A stretch of 64,000 nucleotides of DNA, from the NCBI GenBank assembly GCA_964366325.1, contig CAYITD010000001.1:119634-183633 (forward strand), in the 5' to 3' direction. The position numbers were made by a program, and so were the translations under genes. Shown in pieces: positions 39,349 to 49,800 of this stretch; the first letter of the stretch is position 1, and every line of letters begins with the position of its first letter. The DNA is from Candidatus Woesearchaeota archaeon (GTDB lineage: Archaea > Nanobdellota > Nanobdellia > Pacearchaeales > GW2011-AR1). The notes below the pieces were generated by a model. That model was not told the origin of the DNA. It did not search any database and saw nothing but the letters and a program-made list of their open reading frames with translations.

Positions 39349-40029
39349 TTAAACAAGCTCAGCGTTTTTAGCATCAACTATAGACTGCAATTCAAATTTT
39401 TCAATAGCATCTAATATTTCACAATTAGAGACATCGATTATATGGCAGTTTGGGGTAGGCTTTGTTATTTTAGTCTCCTTTCCAGATTGTATTAAGATAA
39501 CTAAGTTTGTAGGATGGGTGTTACAATTAGCATGCCTTATTCCAGTTGAATTGGCCTCTTTTTCATCGGGGAAAGCGCTCTTGACTTCTATATTGTTACT
39601 TGATAGAAATTGAGCAAGGCTAGACACAGAAGGAGCGCTAAAATCACAACTAGTTAAGTTTGTAGAATTAATACTTACATAAACAAATTTATCCTTAGGG
39701 TATATTATTTCACCGTCGATAGAAACGTTATTTTTTCTAGGATCTATTCTTAAATTAAGGTTAACACTTCTGTTTCTGCCAACATCATCTGTAAAATAAT
39801 AGCTATATCTAAACAAAGGTATTTTTCCAAAATACTCCTTTGAGAATTCGAGTCCTTCAAATTCAAACTTTTTCAAACTCTGAGAATAATAGTAAACTCC
39901 AATTACAATCACAATTATTCCGATCATTCCTAAAATTATCCAATATAACTCTTTCTCTTTGTGCTTACTAGGTTTTTCTTCTTGGATTTCATGTTCATTT
40001 TTCCTTTCGTTCTTTTTTTCTTTAGCCAT
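39349..40029 (-). CDS. N-terminally membrane-anchored hypothetical protein
   Basis: 226 aa; basic N-term then TM LYWIILGMIGIIVIVIGVYYY. Confidence 0.35.
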   Translation of the reverse strand: MAKEKKNERKNEHEIQEEKPSKHKEKELYWIILGMIGIIVIVIGVYYYSQSLKKFEFEGLEFSKEYFGKIPLFRYSYYFTDDVGRNRSVNLNLRIDPRKNNVSIDGEIIYPKDKFVYVSINSTNLTSCDFSAPSVSSLAQFLSSNNIEVKSAFPDEKEANSTGIRHANCNTHPTNLVILIQSGKETKITKPTPNCHIIDVSNCEILDAIEKFELQSIVDAKNAELV

Positions 40030-40076
40030 TTTATAAATCTCTATTTTTGTATTTTTAAATATTACGAAAGATAACT

Positions 40077-40622
40077 CTAATTGTCAAATTGGAATATCTT
40101 AAAGAGAAAAGCATCAACAGTCTTTAAATCTCCCTCAATTATGACGCAATTATCTTTTTCACTTATTCTATTTTCTACACTATCTTTCCAAACTATGATA
40201 TTCTCATCACAGCTCTTTTCAGGTAAGTCTCTAGAGCATGGGCCACTACATGCTTCTTGAACTCTTGAGCTAAACAAACCAAGAGTGGAAGCAATCTCCG
40301 AAGTAACTGCCCCATTCTCAGAATCTATATACAATATTTTCCCTTGATAATCTACAATATTTCTGCTTATATCAACAGATATATTTTCAGCATCGATTGG
40401 AGAATTGCTAAAGTATATATTTCGGCCTTGAAATTCTGTAGCCCAGCCATCTCCATAATTGTCCACACCATTATCGCCGCTTTCGTTAGTATCTGTTCCA
40501 GATTCAAAAAAAGCATAACCTATAGTACCTCCCACTAATATAAACAACATAACCGCACTTAGGATTATATTTTTCCTTTTTTGTTTTCTTGCTTTGTCTC
40601 CTTCACTCATTATCTTTCTCAT
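40077..40622 (-). CDS. N-terminally membrane-anchored hypothetical protein
   Basis: 181 aa; TM ILSAVMLFILVGGTIGYAFF. Confidence 0.35.
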   Translation of the reverse strand: MRKIMSEGDKARKQKRKNIILSAVMLFILVGGTIGYAFFESGTDTNESGDNGVDNYGDGWATEFQGRNIYFSNSPIDAENISVDISRNIVDYQGKILYIDSENGAVTSEIASTLGLFSSRVQEACSGPCSRDLPEKSCDENIIVWKDSVENRISEKDNCVIIEGDLKTVDAFLFKIFQFDN

Positions 40623-40947
40623 CTTTTAAGAAGAAAAACGTCTTTTAAAAATATTTGCACAAAATATAAAATATTTAAAACACGAAGTTTAGGACACACT
40701 TGTTAGTTCAAATTACTTAATTTATGCTTAATCTATTGTCTAAAATAACAATACGATCAACTATTTTAATTAATTGGCAACGCAACGTTTATTAGTATAT
40801 ATCAATATTTAGGCTATTCTTTAGCGTAATACTCTTTTGTCTAACTCACAAATATCTCAATCAAGATAAAATAATTGCTCAATAACAATTAAGGTAAATT
40901 AAAAATAATAAAGAAAAAATAAAAAAATAAGATTTTATAGCCTCTCT

Positions 40948-43329
40948 TTAAGCAGTTACAAGCGTAGCACTTGTTGCAGATGTGCCTTTATACTTCTTAC
41001 CAACCGTTGTATCAACATTGGTTTGTGTAGTCAAGTATTTAGCAGCATTTGTTGTATCACCAGCATTATATCCAGCGACTAACGTAGCAACTTTGCCTCC
41101 TGTTCTTGAGAAAGTCTGAATAAGGAATTCGTTAGCTCCGACGCCTGTAGCAGCAGTGAAATCAGCACCACAAGTTGGGAAGGTTTTTCCCAAAAGTTCT
41201 GCTGAAATCTTGTTGACACAAGTTCCGCCGATTACTACTAAATTCTTTCCAGCAACTGAATCTATTTCAGAGTCTTTTACTGAAACGATGTTCACAGCTC
41301 CTCCAGAATCTCCTCCAGACACAGCAACCGAAGTGCTGACGTCTGTTACATAAACACTACCATAGGATTCTTTTCCATGATAAATAATCTGTAAAGAGTA
41401 CTGGTCTCCGCTCTGATCCCAAAGCATTTCTGATGCTAATGGGGAGTACATAAAGCTTCTGAAAACATCTGTCGATCCAATTTCTTCAAATGTAACGCTT
41501 TCGCCAACAACATCACTCACATGAGTTTCTCTTGTTGATGCAGCGTTCCATCCAAGGGTAGCGTTAAAAGCTCCTGTTACCGTCGTAGGTGCAACATTCT
41601 CATTCTTGTCTTCTTCATTGAATTCAAGATGAAAGCTTGTTCCATTATGACCAGCGACCGTAGCTGCAGTAAAGTTTATAGCTCCAGCCAGATAAGTTAC
41701 ATTATCAGTCGCCCAAGGCAAGTTTAACTTCAATCCCTCTTTAGAGTACAAAGTGTTAAACTTGACGTTAGTTCCTGATGTGAAGTTTACTGTTTTATCA
41801 GTCTTCTGAACATAATCCACAGTAATAACAGCATTTCCAAACGTTACCTGATCATTATGTATAGCATTCTCCTTCTTAGTTACCCAGCTTCCATCTTTCT
41901 TATACTGAATAGTTGTTTTGTTTACACTACTCTCAGTAATAAAGCTTGTAGCCTTAACAAGATAAGACTCTGCATTTGTTCCATCATTATATGACACAAC
42001 AAAATACTGATCAGTATCTCCATCAAATGTGATGGCAGTTTGGTTTGTAGTTCTTAACAAGTTTGTGCTATCTTTACCAATTCCTGTATACGCACCACTG
42101 CTACCATACAAAAGATCTATAGTTTCAGTACTATCTTTCAATGGGAAGTCTTTCAACTGCAAATAGTCTCTAGAACCAGCTTCAATACTAAATTTCTCTT
42201 CCATAGGGAATGTCATTCCACCGAAAGATACCTTAAGATTTTTCAATCCAGGCATAGTAATTGAGCTGTCATCAGTGATGAACATATCATCATCTGCTGT
42301 CCATTGCAACAATATTCTTGTAATCGAATCTCCACTAGATCCTCCGGAGTTTGTTAAGTGACCTGTCAGACCGTTTATAGTGTCTTCATTTATCTTAACA
42401 TCTGCGCCAGAAGTTATCTGCAACTTTCCAGAACCAATACTGAACTCAACTTGTTTAATACCGCCTTGATAATCTTGTGTGTTTACTTCTTTTATTCCGA
42501 TATAAACACCATCAGATAATTTATAGGTTTGACCTGTAGCTAAACTGTTAGTGGTTTGACCATTTACATTTAGCTTAACGCTGTTACTTGCAATAAATTC
42601 CAAGGCAACATCGTAGGTTTTATCTCCTACAGTTAAGGTTTTTGTTTCACCCTCATTCAAGATAGTTGTACTAGCTGAGTCAAGTAAATTCAAAGTTGTG
42701 TTAGTTGTCGTACTTAAGATATAATAGTTGACGCCCATTATGTTGATATCGCTTGTAGATAGATCAGCCCAAGTAGGTACATCTGTAAAGTCTAAAGTGT
42801 AATTAAGGATTTGTCCTGCATTAGCAACTTTAATACCTACAGTTGGTGTGTCTGCTTTATAATCACTATCATCGAACATTGTTAAAGACAAGTTTGCCAT
42901 CACTATTTTTTGAGTGTAGTCAAATTCATCATTATCATTGTCTAGAAAAACTCCATCAGCCAAAAGAACTTCTAAGTCATCATCGTTTAATGTACCCGAG
43001 ACAACATCTAAGACTCCCTTTCCTAACTGGAATTTCGTTGATGATCTTTCAAGCTTAACAAAATCTCCACCTGTTGGAGTACCTCCACCAGTGCTTCCTC
43101 CACTAGATCCTCCTCCTGCTTGAAGCAAACGAGCATTTAAGTCGTTTGTTATATCCAAAGCAGCAGCAAGATCAGTGTTCTGCCCAGCCATTCCCCAAAC
43201 AACTGCAACATCTGCATTGCTCCCACTTATAAAAGGGGAAGGGTAATTTGCGGCTGCGGCAAAAGCTACAGTAGATCCGAACATAGCTGCGCCAGCCAAT
43301 ATGCTTGCAACTTTTTTAAATTTTAACAT
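40948..43329 (-). CDS. Large secreted Thr/Ser/Gly-rich surface (S-layer candidate) protein
   Basis: 793 aa; signal MLKFKKVASILAGAAMFGSTVAFAAA; beta-rich T/S/N/G composition, many N-x-T/S; long AT-rich upstream leader; more GC-rich codon usage than neighbours. Confidence 0.65.
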   Translation of the reverse strand: MLKFKKVASILAGAAMFGSTVAFAAAANYPSPFISGSNADVAVVWGMAGQNTDLAAALDITNDLNARLLQAGGGSSGGSTGGGTPTGGDFVKLERSSTKFQLGKGVLDVVSGTLNDDDLEVLLADGVFLDNDNDEFDYTQKIVMANLSLTMFDDSDYKADTPTVGIKVANAGQILNYTLDFTDVPTWADLSTSDINIMGVNYYILSTTTNTTLNLLDSASTTILNEGETKTLTVGDKTYDVALEFIASNSVKLNVNGQTTNSLATGQTYKLSDGVYIGIKEVNTQDYQGGIKQVEFSIGSGKLQITSGADVKINEDTINGLTGHLTNSGGSSGDSITRILLQWTADDDMFITDDSSITMPGLKNLKVSFGGMTFPMEEKFSIEAGSRDYLQLKDFPLKDSTETIDLLYGSSGAYTGIGKDSTNLLRTTNQTAITFDGDTDQYFVVSYNDGTNAESYLVKATSFITESSVNKTTIQYKKDGSWVTKKENAIHNDQVTFGNAVITVDYVQKTDKTVNFTSGTNVKFNTLYSKEGLKLNLPWATDNVTYLAGAINFTAATVAGHNGTSFHLEFNEEDKNENVAPTTVTGAFNATLGWNAASTRETHVSDVVGESVTFEEIGSTDVFRSFMYSPLASEMLWDQSGDQYSLQIIYHGKESYGSVYVTDVSTSVAVSGGDSGGAVNIVSVKDSEIDSVAGKNLVVIGGTCVNKISAELLGKTFPTCGADFTAATGVGANEFLIQTFSRTGGKVATLVAGYNAGDTTNAAKYLTTQTNVDTTVGKKYKGTSATSATLVTA

Positions 43330-43675
43330 TTTTTATAACCTCCTTTCAGTCTTATACATTGGCAGTCCCACAGGACACCCTCATTGAGGAGACGTAAAGT
43401 CCGCCAATACATAGCCCAATAAGGTTAAAACATTAAGATAAAAACGCTTTAAAAAGCTTTCGTTATTTGAAGCTATATAAGCAAGTTTTATGTTAAAATT
43501 TAAAATTTATTTATAAACCTTTCGCTATCACTCTTTTTTATGACACATTTTATTTTGATACAAGTTTCGCATTAATTCAAATATATGTTATTTTTACACT
43601 TATATTATAAATAGAAACATATATATACTTTATATATGTTAGATATATCTAAAGTAAATAAACACATATAAAGAA

Positions 43676-44032
43676 ATGGCCGAAAAATCAAGAACAAGAG
43701 AGATAACAATTACCGACGATAGAGGTACATTTAGTACATTTTTTAGACGTTTTTCAGGTGAGAAAGAATATGACTTTGAAGGTTTAGCTACTATAAGGAA
43801 AATTTTAACAAACGAAAAGGCTAGGTTATTACACACTATAAAGTCACAAAAGCCAAAGTCTATTTATCACCTTGCAAAGCTCTTAAAAAGAGACTTTAAA
43901 TCAGTAAGTGATGATGTGAAGCTGCTAGAAAAATTTGGATTTTTAGATCTCTTGGCAGAAAAGTCTGGGAACAGAGAAAGGTTAAGGCCTATATTGGTTG
44001 TTGACTCTATGTATATACATATCAAGTTTTAA
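43676..44032 (+). CDS. Winged-helix transcriptional regulator-like protein
   Basis: 118 aa; IYHLAKLLKRDFKSVSDDVKLLEKFGFL HTH-like. Confidence 0.4.
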   Translation: MAEKSRTREITITDDRGTFSTFFRRFSGEKEYDFEGLATIRKILTNEKARLLHTIKSQKPKSIYHLAKLLKRDFKSVSDDVKLLEKFGFLDLLAEKSGNRERLRPILVVDSMYIHIKF

Positions 44033-44060
44033 ATATTCAAAATCCAACTCCTTACAGTTA

Positions 44061-44663
44061 TTAACAAAGAACTAAGGAGTAAACTATCTTGTCTCCTTTC
44101 CCAACAGGTTTAACTCTATCATCGCCTCTAAGTTGTGTAGTGCAGTTACCATTTTCCAATTCTTTCAGATCAAGTTTATTCCTCTTTCCACTTTCAGACT
44201 CAAAGAAAGCTTCGAACCTATACCCTTTTGTTGCACTCTCAGGGCTAAAATTCCAGCTTTTTTCTATAAGCGCTTTTAAACTGCCCTCTAAAACTTCACA
44301 AGATTTTTTTCCTCCAACACATAAAGAGCCTTTATTACAGTGTTCAAAAAGGTCGCTTAAACTTAAATAAGTATAGCCATTTAACGTACATTCACTAGTA
44401 AAAGACTCCATAGCATCAAGAAAGTGGCTTGTCTCGGAACTCTTTTGTGTTTTCACTACATTGTTTTTACTTATATTTATTCCAAGAAAAACAAGGAAAA
44501 TTACCGCAACTATAATCACTATAACAACAAGTCCAACCATTTCTTCCTGCCCTCTTTTATTGCTCGAACTGAGTTCAATACTTCGCAAATTGTTGCGACC
44601 AGTCTCAGTTTGAGGCTTAAAAATACCCCTCAGCTTGCTGTGTTTGGGATTTTTATCAACCAT
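44061..44663 (-). CDS. Pilin-like protein with extended class III signal/leader
   Basis: leader MVDKNPKHSKLRG...RSIELSSSNKRG then QEEMVGLVVIVIIVAVIFLVFLG; leader shared with 45167-46216 gene. Confidence 0.5.
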   Translation of the reverse strand: MVDKNPKHSKLRGIFKPQTETGRNNLRSIELSSSNKRGQEEMVGLVVIVIIVAVIFLVFLGINISKNNVVKTQKSSETSHFLDAMESFTSECTLNGYTYLSLSDLFEHCNKGSLCVGGKKSCEVLEGSLKALIEKSWNFSPESATKGYRFEAFFESESGKRNKLDLKELENGNCTTQLRGDDRVKPVGKGDKIVYSLVLC

Positions 44664-45195
44664 TTTCAATATTTTTAGCAGAAATATGAATCCTCCCCAA
44701 TTCATATCTGAAATCCCCAGAAGCCCCTAAATTAGGGTCCCATCTAGCCAGCGTAACAAATGTAGTTTTAGTTACTATTTTTTTATCATTAGAATCAATG
44801 ATTGTGATTTTATTGCATTCTGGATAGTTTGTTTTTGTACATTCTCTTTCCGTTTCGTTCGGATATACTTTCTCAATCATTAAATAGTCAAAATTCCAGA
44901 AGTTTTTATATTGGCTTCTTTCTTTTAACATTAAGGTCTTATCTAAATCAATACAAGAAGAGCAATCTCCTCCAGATTTAAATGCAAACTCAGCAGTTCC
45001 AGAAAGTTTTTTTACACTTTCCACAGCCTCTTGATTTCTCAAGGCTTTAGTTTCAGAGTCTATCTGGCTTGAAGTTATACTAACATAAACCAAGCCAACC
45101 ATAGAAAACAAGATAAATACTGCGACTAGCATGAATGCCATTTGTTGTATTTTCAGTTGCCCTAATTTAGAATAATTTACATATGAGTTTTGCAT
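44656..45195 (-). CDS. Pilin-like protein
   Basis: N-term SKLGQLKIQQMAFMLVAVFILFSMVGLVYV hydrophobic segment after basic/G motif. Confidence 0.4.
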   Translation of the reverse strand: MQNSYVNYSKLGQLKIQQMAFMLVAVFILFSMVGLVYVSITSSQIDSETKALRNQEAVESVKKLSGTAEFAFKSGGDCSSCIDLDKTLMLKERSQYKNFWNFDYLMIEKVYPNETERECTKTNYPECNKITIIDSNDKKIVTKTTFVTLARWDPNLGASGDFRYELGRIHISAKNIENG

Positions 45196-46216
45196 TTTTT
45201 TCCTCCAATTGTATAACAAGAGAGTTGAAGTTATCATCTTTAATTCTTAAACTAGAATCATCATTAACCATACTTTTACTTTCTGCTCTATAACTTTCTA
45301 AATCGCCTATTAAGTTAGCAGAACCACATTTTTGCTGCTGAAGATAAACTGATTTATCTTCATATAAACTAGATAGTTCAGAAGCTCGCCCCATAAGTCT
45401 CTTTATCTGGCATTCATACACTTCAGGATCTGAAAAGATACCCGCGTACAATAAAGAGTATTTGTCAGAATCATCAAAATATGTAAAATATACAGTTTTT
45501 TTATCTTCATTAAATGAGATGCTCTTAGAGTTAAATGACACTTCAATATCACAATTTTCTCCTCTTGGTGGAAAGCAAACTTTCTTGCTTCCAGATGCAC
45601 ATTTTTCCGAAGTTCTGCTGAATGAAACCATGTCCAGCTTCAATGAGTCATTAAGCTCTTTTTTAATGTCTTCAGGTGCGTTAACAAAACAATATTCTTC
45701 TTTATCGCTCCACATTATCATAATATCTCCGATTTTAAAAGGAAATTTGAAAGGCTTAGATAGAACATAAAATTCTTTTTTAGACTTAATGCTTTTTCTA
45801 GAGAACAGATATTTGTTTTTAAAACTACTTTCTACCCCAGCAGATTCTTTTTCTTCTTCATTTATGCTAGACTTTAAAGCAACACTTATCTTTTGTTTCC
45901 CAAAAATACCTGAGTTTTCACATCCATTAAAAATAGTTGTTTCTTCAGGAACAATTATTCTTGTATATTTAGCACCTTCTAAGTTAGTTTCTATAGGATT
46001 TAGCAAAATGCCTATTTCTTTGCCTCGTTTAGCCTGTTCAACAAAATCATTAGTTGAAACAAGACGATTTGCAGCATAAACAGCAAGAAATATTATCATA
46101 GCACCAGCTATGAAAGCAAAAATCCATGAAAAACTAAATTCAAAACCTCTTTTATTGCTCGAACTGAGTTCAATGCTCCGCAGCTTGCTGCGTTTGGGAT
46201 TTTTATTGATCCTCAT
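45167..46216 (-). CDS. Pilin-like protein (large) with extended class III leader
   Basis: MRINKNPKRSKLRSIELSSSNKRG|FEFSFSWIFAFIAGAMIIFLAV; 349 aa. Confidence 0.5.
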   Translation of the reverse strand: MRINKNPKRSKLRSIELSSSNKRGFEFSFSWIFAFIAGAMIIFLAVYAANRLVSTNDFVEQAKRGKEIGILLNPIETNLEGAKYTRIIVPEETTIFNGCENSGIFGKQKISVALKSSINEEEKESAGVESSFKNKYLFSRKSIKSKKEFYVLSKPFKFPFKIGDIMIMWSDKEEYCFVNAPEDIKKELNDSLKLDMVSFSRTSEKCASGSKKVCFPPRGENCDIEVSFNSKSISFNEDKKTVYFTYFDDSDKYSLLYAGIFSDPEVYECQIKRLMGRASELSSLYEDKSVYLQQQKCGSANLIGDLESYRAESKSMVNDDSSLRIKDDNFNSLVIQLEEKNAKLICKLF

Positions 46217-46725
46217 AGCTTTCTCACAATTCTAACAACACTATCATTAACCTCTTTATTTAGCTTGATTTTTTCGAGGTCACTAGTAGAGACACAGAAA
46301 AATCCTCCAATTAAAGAATGCTTTAAATCAAGGGAATAAAGATTTCCATCACAAGCAGCTTCAGGTGGATACAGAAAAAGATTTTCACTTGTTTCAAAAG
46401 CATAATCTTCAATCTTAATTTTTATCGGGCTGTCCACACTATTCGCAGGCAAATCAATGCTGCCAAAACAAACATTTTTTATTTTAGATGGAAGTTTATA
46501 CTCAAATTCTTTCAAGTCATCCTTGCATATTCCAGAATTCCAACACTCATCAACTTTTTCTTGAACCGATTTATAAAAATTTCCTATCTCTGTGCATTGA
46601 CTTAGCTCTAAAAAATGTTGTATCACAAAAAAACCAATTCCAATTATAGCTATGATCAAAATTATTGAAAAAATAACTCCATAAGACATCCCAAAAACTT
46701 CCTGCCCTCTTTTTGTCTTAATCAT
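46213..46725 (-). CDS. Pilin-like protein with class III signal peptide
   Basis: MIKTKRGQEVFGMSYGVIFSIILIIAIIGIGFFVI (KRG|QE + hydrophobic). Confidence 0.55.
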   Translation of the reverse strand: MIKTKRGQEVFGMSYGVIFSIILIIAIIGIGFFVIQHFLELSQCTEIGNFYKSVQEKVDECWNSGICKDDLKEFEYKLPSKIKNVCFGSIDLPANSVDSPIKIKIEDYAFETSENLFLYPPEAACDGNLYSLDLKHSLIGGFFCVSTSDLEKIKLNKEVNDSVVRIVRKL

Positions 46726-46997
46726 TTTTTATTCAATCCTTTAAGAGTTCCAGATACTCTTTTTATTTTAATATTCTTATTTGAAAGCTCAACAGCCGCT
46801 CTAACATTTTCAAGTTCTTTTCTATTTATTGATAAGATTGTCTTACTCTCTTTTTCAATAAAAAAAACATTTGCTTTAGCCACACCAAGAATCCCTAAAT
46901 ATTCTATAAGGAAGCTTTCAATTTCTTTTTTTGTTTCATTTTCAAATAAAAGATATCTTCTGTTTATTCGATTAGAGGAGTTTATTTTTAGAGCCAT
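46722..46997 (-). CDS. Hypothetical protein in pilin operon
   Basis: 91-aa ORF, 4-nt overlaps both sides. Confidence 0.3.
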   Translation of the reverse strand: MALKINSSNRINRRYLLFENETKKEIESFLIEYLGILGVAKANVFFIEKESKTILSINRKELENVRAAVELSNKNIKIKRVSGTLKGLNKK

Positions 46998-47887
46998 TAA
47001 GGTATTATTGTCTGGTTTGCCACATTATTAATAGTTTCTTTTACAGAACTACTCTTAAGAGAAAATCCAAGGCTTTCAGCACCTCCTATTTTAAAATTAT
47101 TAATACCTACTACTTTTCCTTGAATGTCTATTAAAGGTCCGCCAGAATTTCCAGGGTTCAAAGAAACGTCAGTTTGTATATATTCTCTTAATCCACTTGG
47201 TCCCAATCTATCAATGGCTGAGATTATGCCTTCCGTAACACTATACGACAAACCTAAAGGGTTGCCTATTGCAATTACTTTCTTTCCTACTTGTATATCT
47301 TCATCTTCTGCAAGTTCTATTGCCCTATAGTTTCCGTCTATTTTCAAAAGAGCAAGGTCTTTTTTCTCATTCTTACCAATTAGTTCGGCAAGCAATATAG
47401 TTTTATCATAAGTTATAACTTTTATGTTCTTTTCATTTGTAGAAATAACATGATAGTTTGTAACAATATACCCTTCAGAATTAACAATGAAGCCAGAGCC
47501 TAAAGAGTTATCAGAAGTTACACTAACAACGCTTTTTACAACATCTTCAACAATTCCAGAAAAATCATTTTGTGTAGACTTTATCAATTTAATCTCTCTG
47601 TTAAAATTCTTCTCTGCATCAGTTAGAGAAAGAGAAATATCTTTAAAATTTTCTTGATATAGATCATTATAGCTTCCAACTAATTTAGTCGTAAACTCTT
47701 TAGAATCTATTTCAACTTTATTTATCCCAGAATCTATTTTCATATTTAGTCTGGAAATTTGAAGATTCAACAAAACAAATGAAGTGATTTGAAGTATAGC
47801 TAAAAAAACAACCAGCAAATACAAAGCGTTCCTGTGTTTTCTATGAGAATCAACAAAACCACCATTATAATTATTCATCCTCACCAT
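46997..47887 (-). CDS. Trypsin-like serine protease (HtrA/DegP S1C family, no PDZ), membrane-anchored
   Basis: catalytic triad context TNYHVI (His), D, GNSGGPLID (Ser); N-terminal TM. Confidence 0.8.
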   Translation of the reverse strand: MVRMNNYNGGFVDSHRKHRNALYLLVVFLAILQITSFVLLNLQISRLNMKIDSGINKVEIDSKEFTTKLVGSYNDLYQENFKDISLSLTDAEKNFNREIKLIKSTQNDFSGIVEDVVKSVVSVTSDNSLGSGFIVNSEGYIVTNYHVISTNEKNIKVITYDKTILLAELIGKNEKKDLALLKIDGNYRAIELAEDEDIQVGKKVIAIGNPLGLSYSVTEGIISAIDRLGPSGLREYIQTDVSLNPGNSGGPLIDIQGKVVGINNFKIGGAESLGFSLKSSSVKETINNVANQTIIP

Positions 47888-48007
47888 GTGAAAAAAAGAA
47901 AAGCTAGATATTTATAGTTTGCTAAAGAGAATTTTAAGTTAGTCATTTTCTAAAATATCTAGCTAAACATTTAAATAAACCGAACTTCTCTTTTTAAAGT
48001 AAAAAAG

Positions 48008-48829
48008 ATGGAATCGATAGATAAGTTGAAATCAGAGTTGAAAATAAGAGGTTTTTCACCTTTAACTGTTAGAAACTACACTTTCTTTGTAGAAAAATTT
48101 ATGCAAAGGATAAACAAATCTCCTCTTGATCTAAATGAAGACGATGTTAAAATTTACCTCTCAGAAATGTTCGATACAAAGTCAAAAAACACTATCATGC
48201 TTGCCGCTGCATCATTAAAGTTCTTTTTCTTAGAGGTTTTAAAAAAAGATTTTAAAAATATTCCTCTTCCAAAAAAAGAGAAAAAGCTTCCAGAAATTTT
48301 ATCTAAAGAAGAAATAATAAACCTAATAAATTCTACAGATACAATAAAATCTCGTTTAATGATTTCTTTTCTTTATTCAACAGGTCTTCGTGTTTCTGAA
48401 ATTGTTAAATTAAAAATCGAAGATCTTAATCTTAATGAAAATACTGGTTGGGTTAGAAAAGGAAAAGGCTCAAAAGATCGTATCTTTGTTTTTTCAAAAG
48501 GTCTCGGGGATGAAATAAAGGAATACATAGAAATGAGAGGAAAAGAAAATCTCTATGTTTTTTCAAAAGAAAAACCCCTGACAACAAGGAACATCCAGAA
48601 AATAATCTCTGGGACGAGAAAAAGAGCAGGAATAACAAAAAGAGTTACACCTCACACTTTAAGGCACTCATTTGCGACCCATTTATTAGAAAATGGAACA
48701 GATATACGAACAATCCAGGCAATCCTAGGCCACGCCTCCCTAAACACAACGCAAGTTTACACTCACATCTCCAGTGACCAAATCAAAAAAGTAAAAAATC
48801 CTTTTGATGGCCTTTATCCCACAATATAA
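48008..48829 (+). CDS. xerA: Tyrosine recombinase XerA/XerC/XerD-like
   Basis: 273 aa; R...HTLRHSFATHLLENGTDIRTIQAILGHASLNTTQVYTHIS (R-H-R-Y catalytic signature). Confidence 0.8.
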   Translation: MESIDKLKSELKIRGFSPLTVRNYTFFVEKFMQRINKSPLDLNEDDVKIYLSEMFDTKSKNTIMLAAASLKFFFLEVLKKDFKNIPLPKKEKKLPEILSKEEIINLINSTDTIKSRLMISFLYSTGLRVSEIVKLKIEDLNLNENTGWVRKGKGSKDRIFVFSKGLGDEIKEYIEMRGKENLYVFSKEKPLTTRNIQKIISGTRKRAGITKRVTPHTLRHSFATHLLENGTDIRTIQAILGHASLNTTQVYTHISSDQIKKVKNPFDGLYPTI

Positions 48830-48880
48830 TTTTCTCATTTTAATAGGAAAATTTATAATCAATTTTATCTTAATCCATTT

Positions 48881-49408
48881 ATGAGATGTTTTTTTGGAAT
48901 AAATCTAAATAATTATAGCGAGCTTCTTGGTAAAATAACTTTACCAAAAGATCCAGAGATGTCAAAAGCCAAAGAATACCACATAACTTTAATATTTTAT
49001 TCAGATTTATCTGATAGTCTTGTTAAAACGTTTAAAGAAAAACTAAAGGGCTTTTCTTTTCCTAAATTTAAGCTAGAAGGAGATAAAATAGTTGCTTTTC
49101 CTAATAAAAACAAGCCAGAACTTTACGCCTTAGGCTTTAGAGATAAGTCTAACTTGGATGAATTATACAAAAGAATTAAAGACATAACTGGATTAGAAAG
49201 TAATGATAAGTTCAACCCGCATATAACTCTTCTCAGAAGAGAGAAATTATCTCCTGATTTTAAAAAGTCTAAAGAAGAATATTCTAATATTGAGTCCATA
49301 AATCTTAAAATTGATAGTTTTGGATTATACAAAAGCGAACCAGACAGAGGTATGAATTCTTATACGCCTCTTTTCATGGTTAAGTTAAGTTTGTTTCCTA
49401 TTCCTTAG
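48881..49408 (+). CDS. 2'-5' RNA ligase / 2H phosphoesterase (LigT/ThpR)
   Basis: two HxT motifs: EYHITLIF and NPHITLLR. Confidence 0.7.
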   Translation: MRCFFGINLNNYSELLGKITLPKDPEMSKAKEYHITLIFYSDLSDSLVKTFKEKLKGFSFPKFKLEGDKIVAFPNKNKPELYALGFRDKSNLDELYKRIKDITGLESNDKFNPHITLLRREKLSPDFKKSKEEYSNIESINLKIDSFGLYKSEPDRGMNSYTPLFMVKLSLFPIP

Positions 49409-49800
49409 GGTTCTATTCTTCTAATTTCTTCGACTTTATCGAAATGAGCATCAAAACTCAATAACTCTTTATTGTTAGTTGATATTGCAGATTGTAAAGT
49501 TATCGCATCTTCATAATCTAAATTATATTTTTCAATCAATTTTAGCGCATTTAGTCTATCTTTAAAATTTATTTGATAAATTGTAAGACCTTGATATGAT
49601 AAAAGACTTTTGATAAATAGTTCAATTGAAGATAAATCTGTTTTATTTCTATTCATTATAATAATTATGGAGTCTATTGTGAAATTCGTTATAATTGCTT
49701 TAGTTTTTCCTTTTCTAATATCTTCCAATATTTTTTTACAAGAACTAGCTTTTTCCTGATCTAGAAGAACCTCAAGAAAAATGTTTGCGTCTATTAACAT
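49405..49800 (-). CDS. vapC: PIN-domain toxin (VapC-like)
   Basis: MLIDANIFLEVLL...D...ITLQSAISTNNKELLSFDAHFDKV; start uncertain (track ORF starts 49842). Confidence 0.6.
   Translation of the reverse strand: MLIDANIFLEVLLDQEKASSCKKILEDIRKGKTKAIITNFTIDSIIIIMNRNKTDLSSIELFIKSLLSYQGLTIYQINFKDRLNALKLIEKYNLDYEDAITLQSAISTNNKELLSFDAHFDKVEEIRRIEP

Noticed and set aside
43330-43675. Inverted repeat tacattggcag...ccgccaatacata upstream of the S-layer gene
   Set aside because: Only ~6 bp truly complementary; probably just part of a long AT-rich 5' leader/promoter region.
48008-48829. XerA-like recombinase as marker of an integrated mobile element
   Set aside because: Looks like the chromosomal Xer dimer-resolution recombinase (single gene, no flanking repeats, capsid or replication genes seen); no IS or transposase found anywhere in the window.
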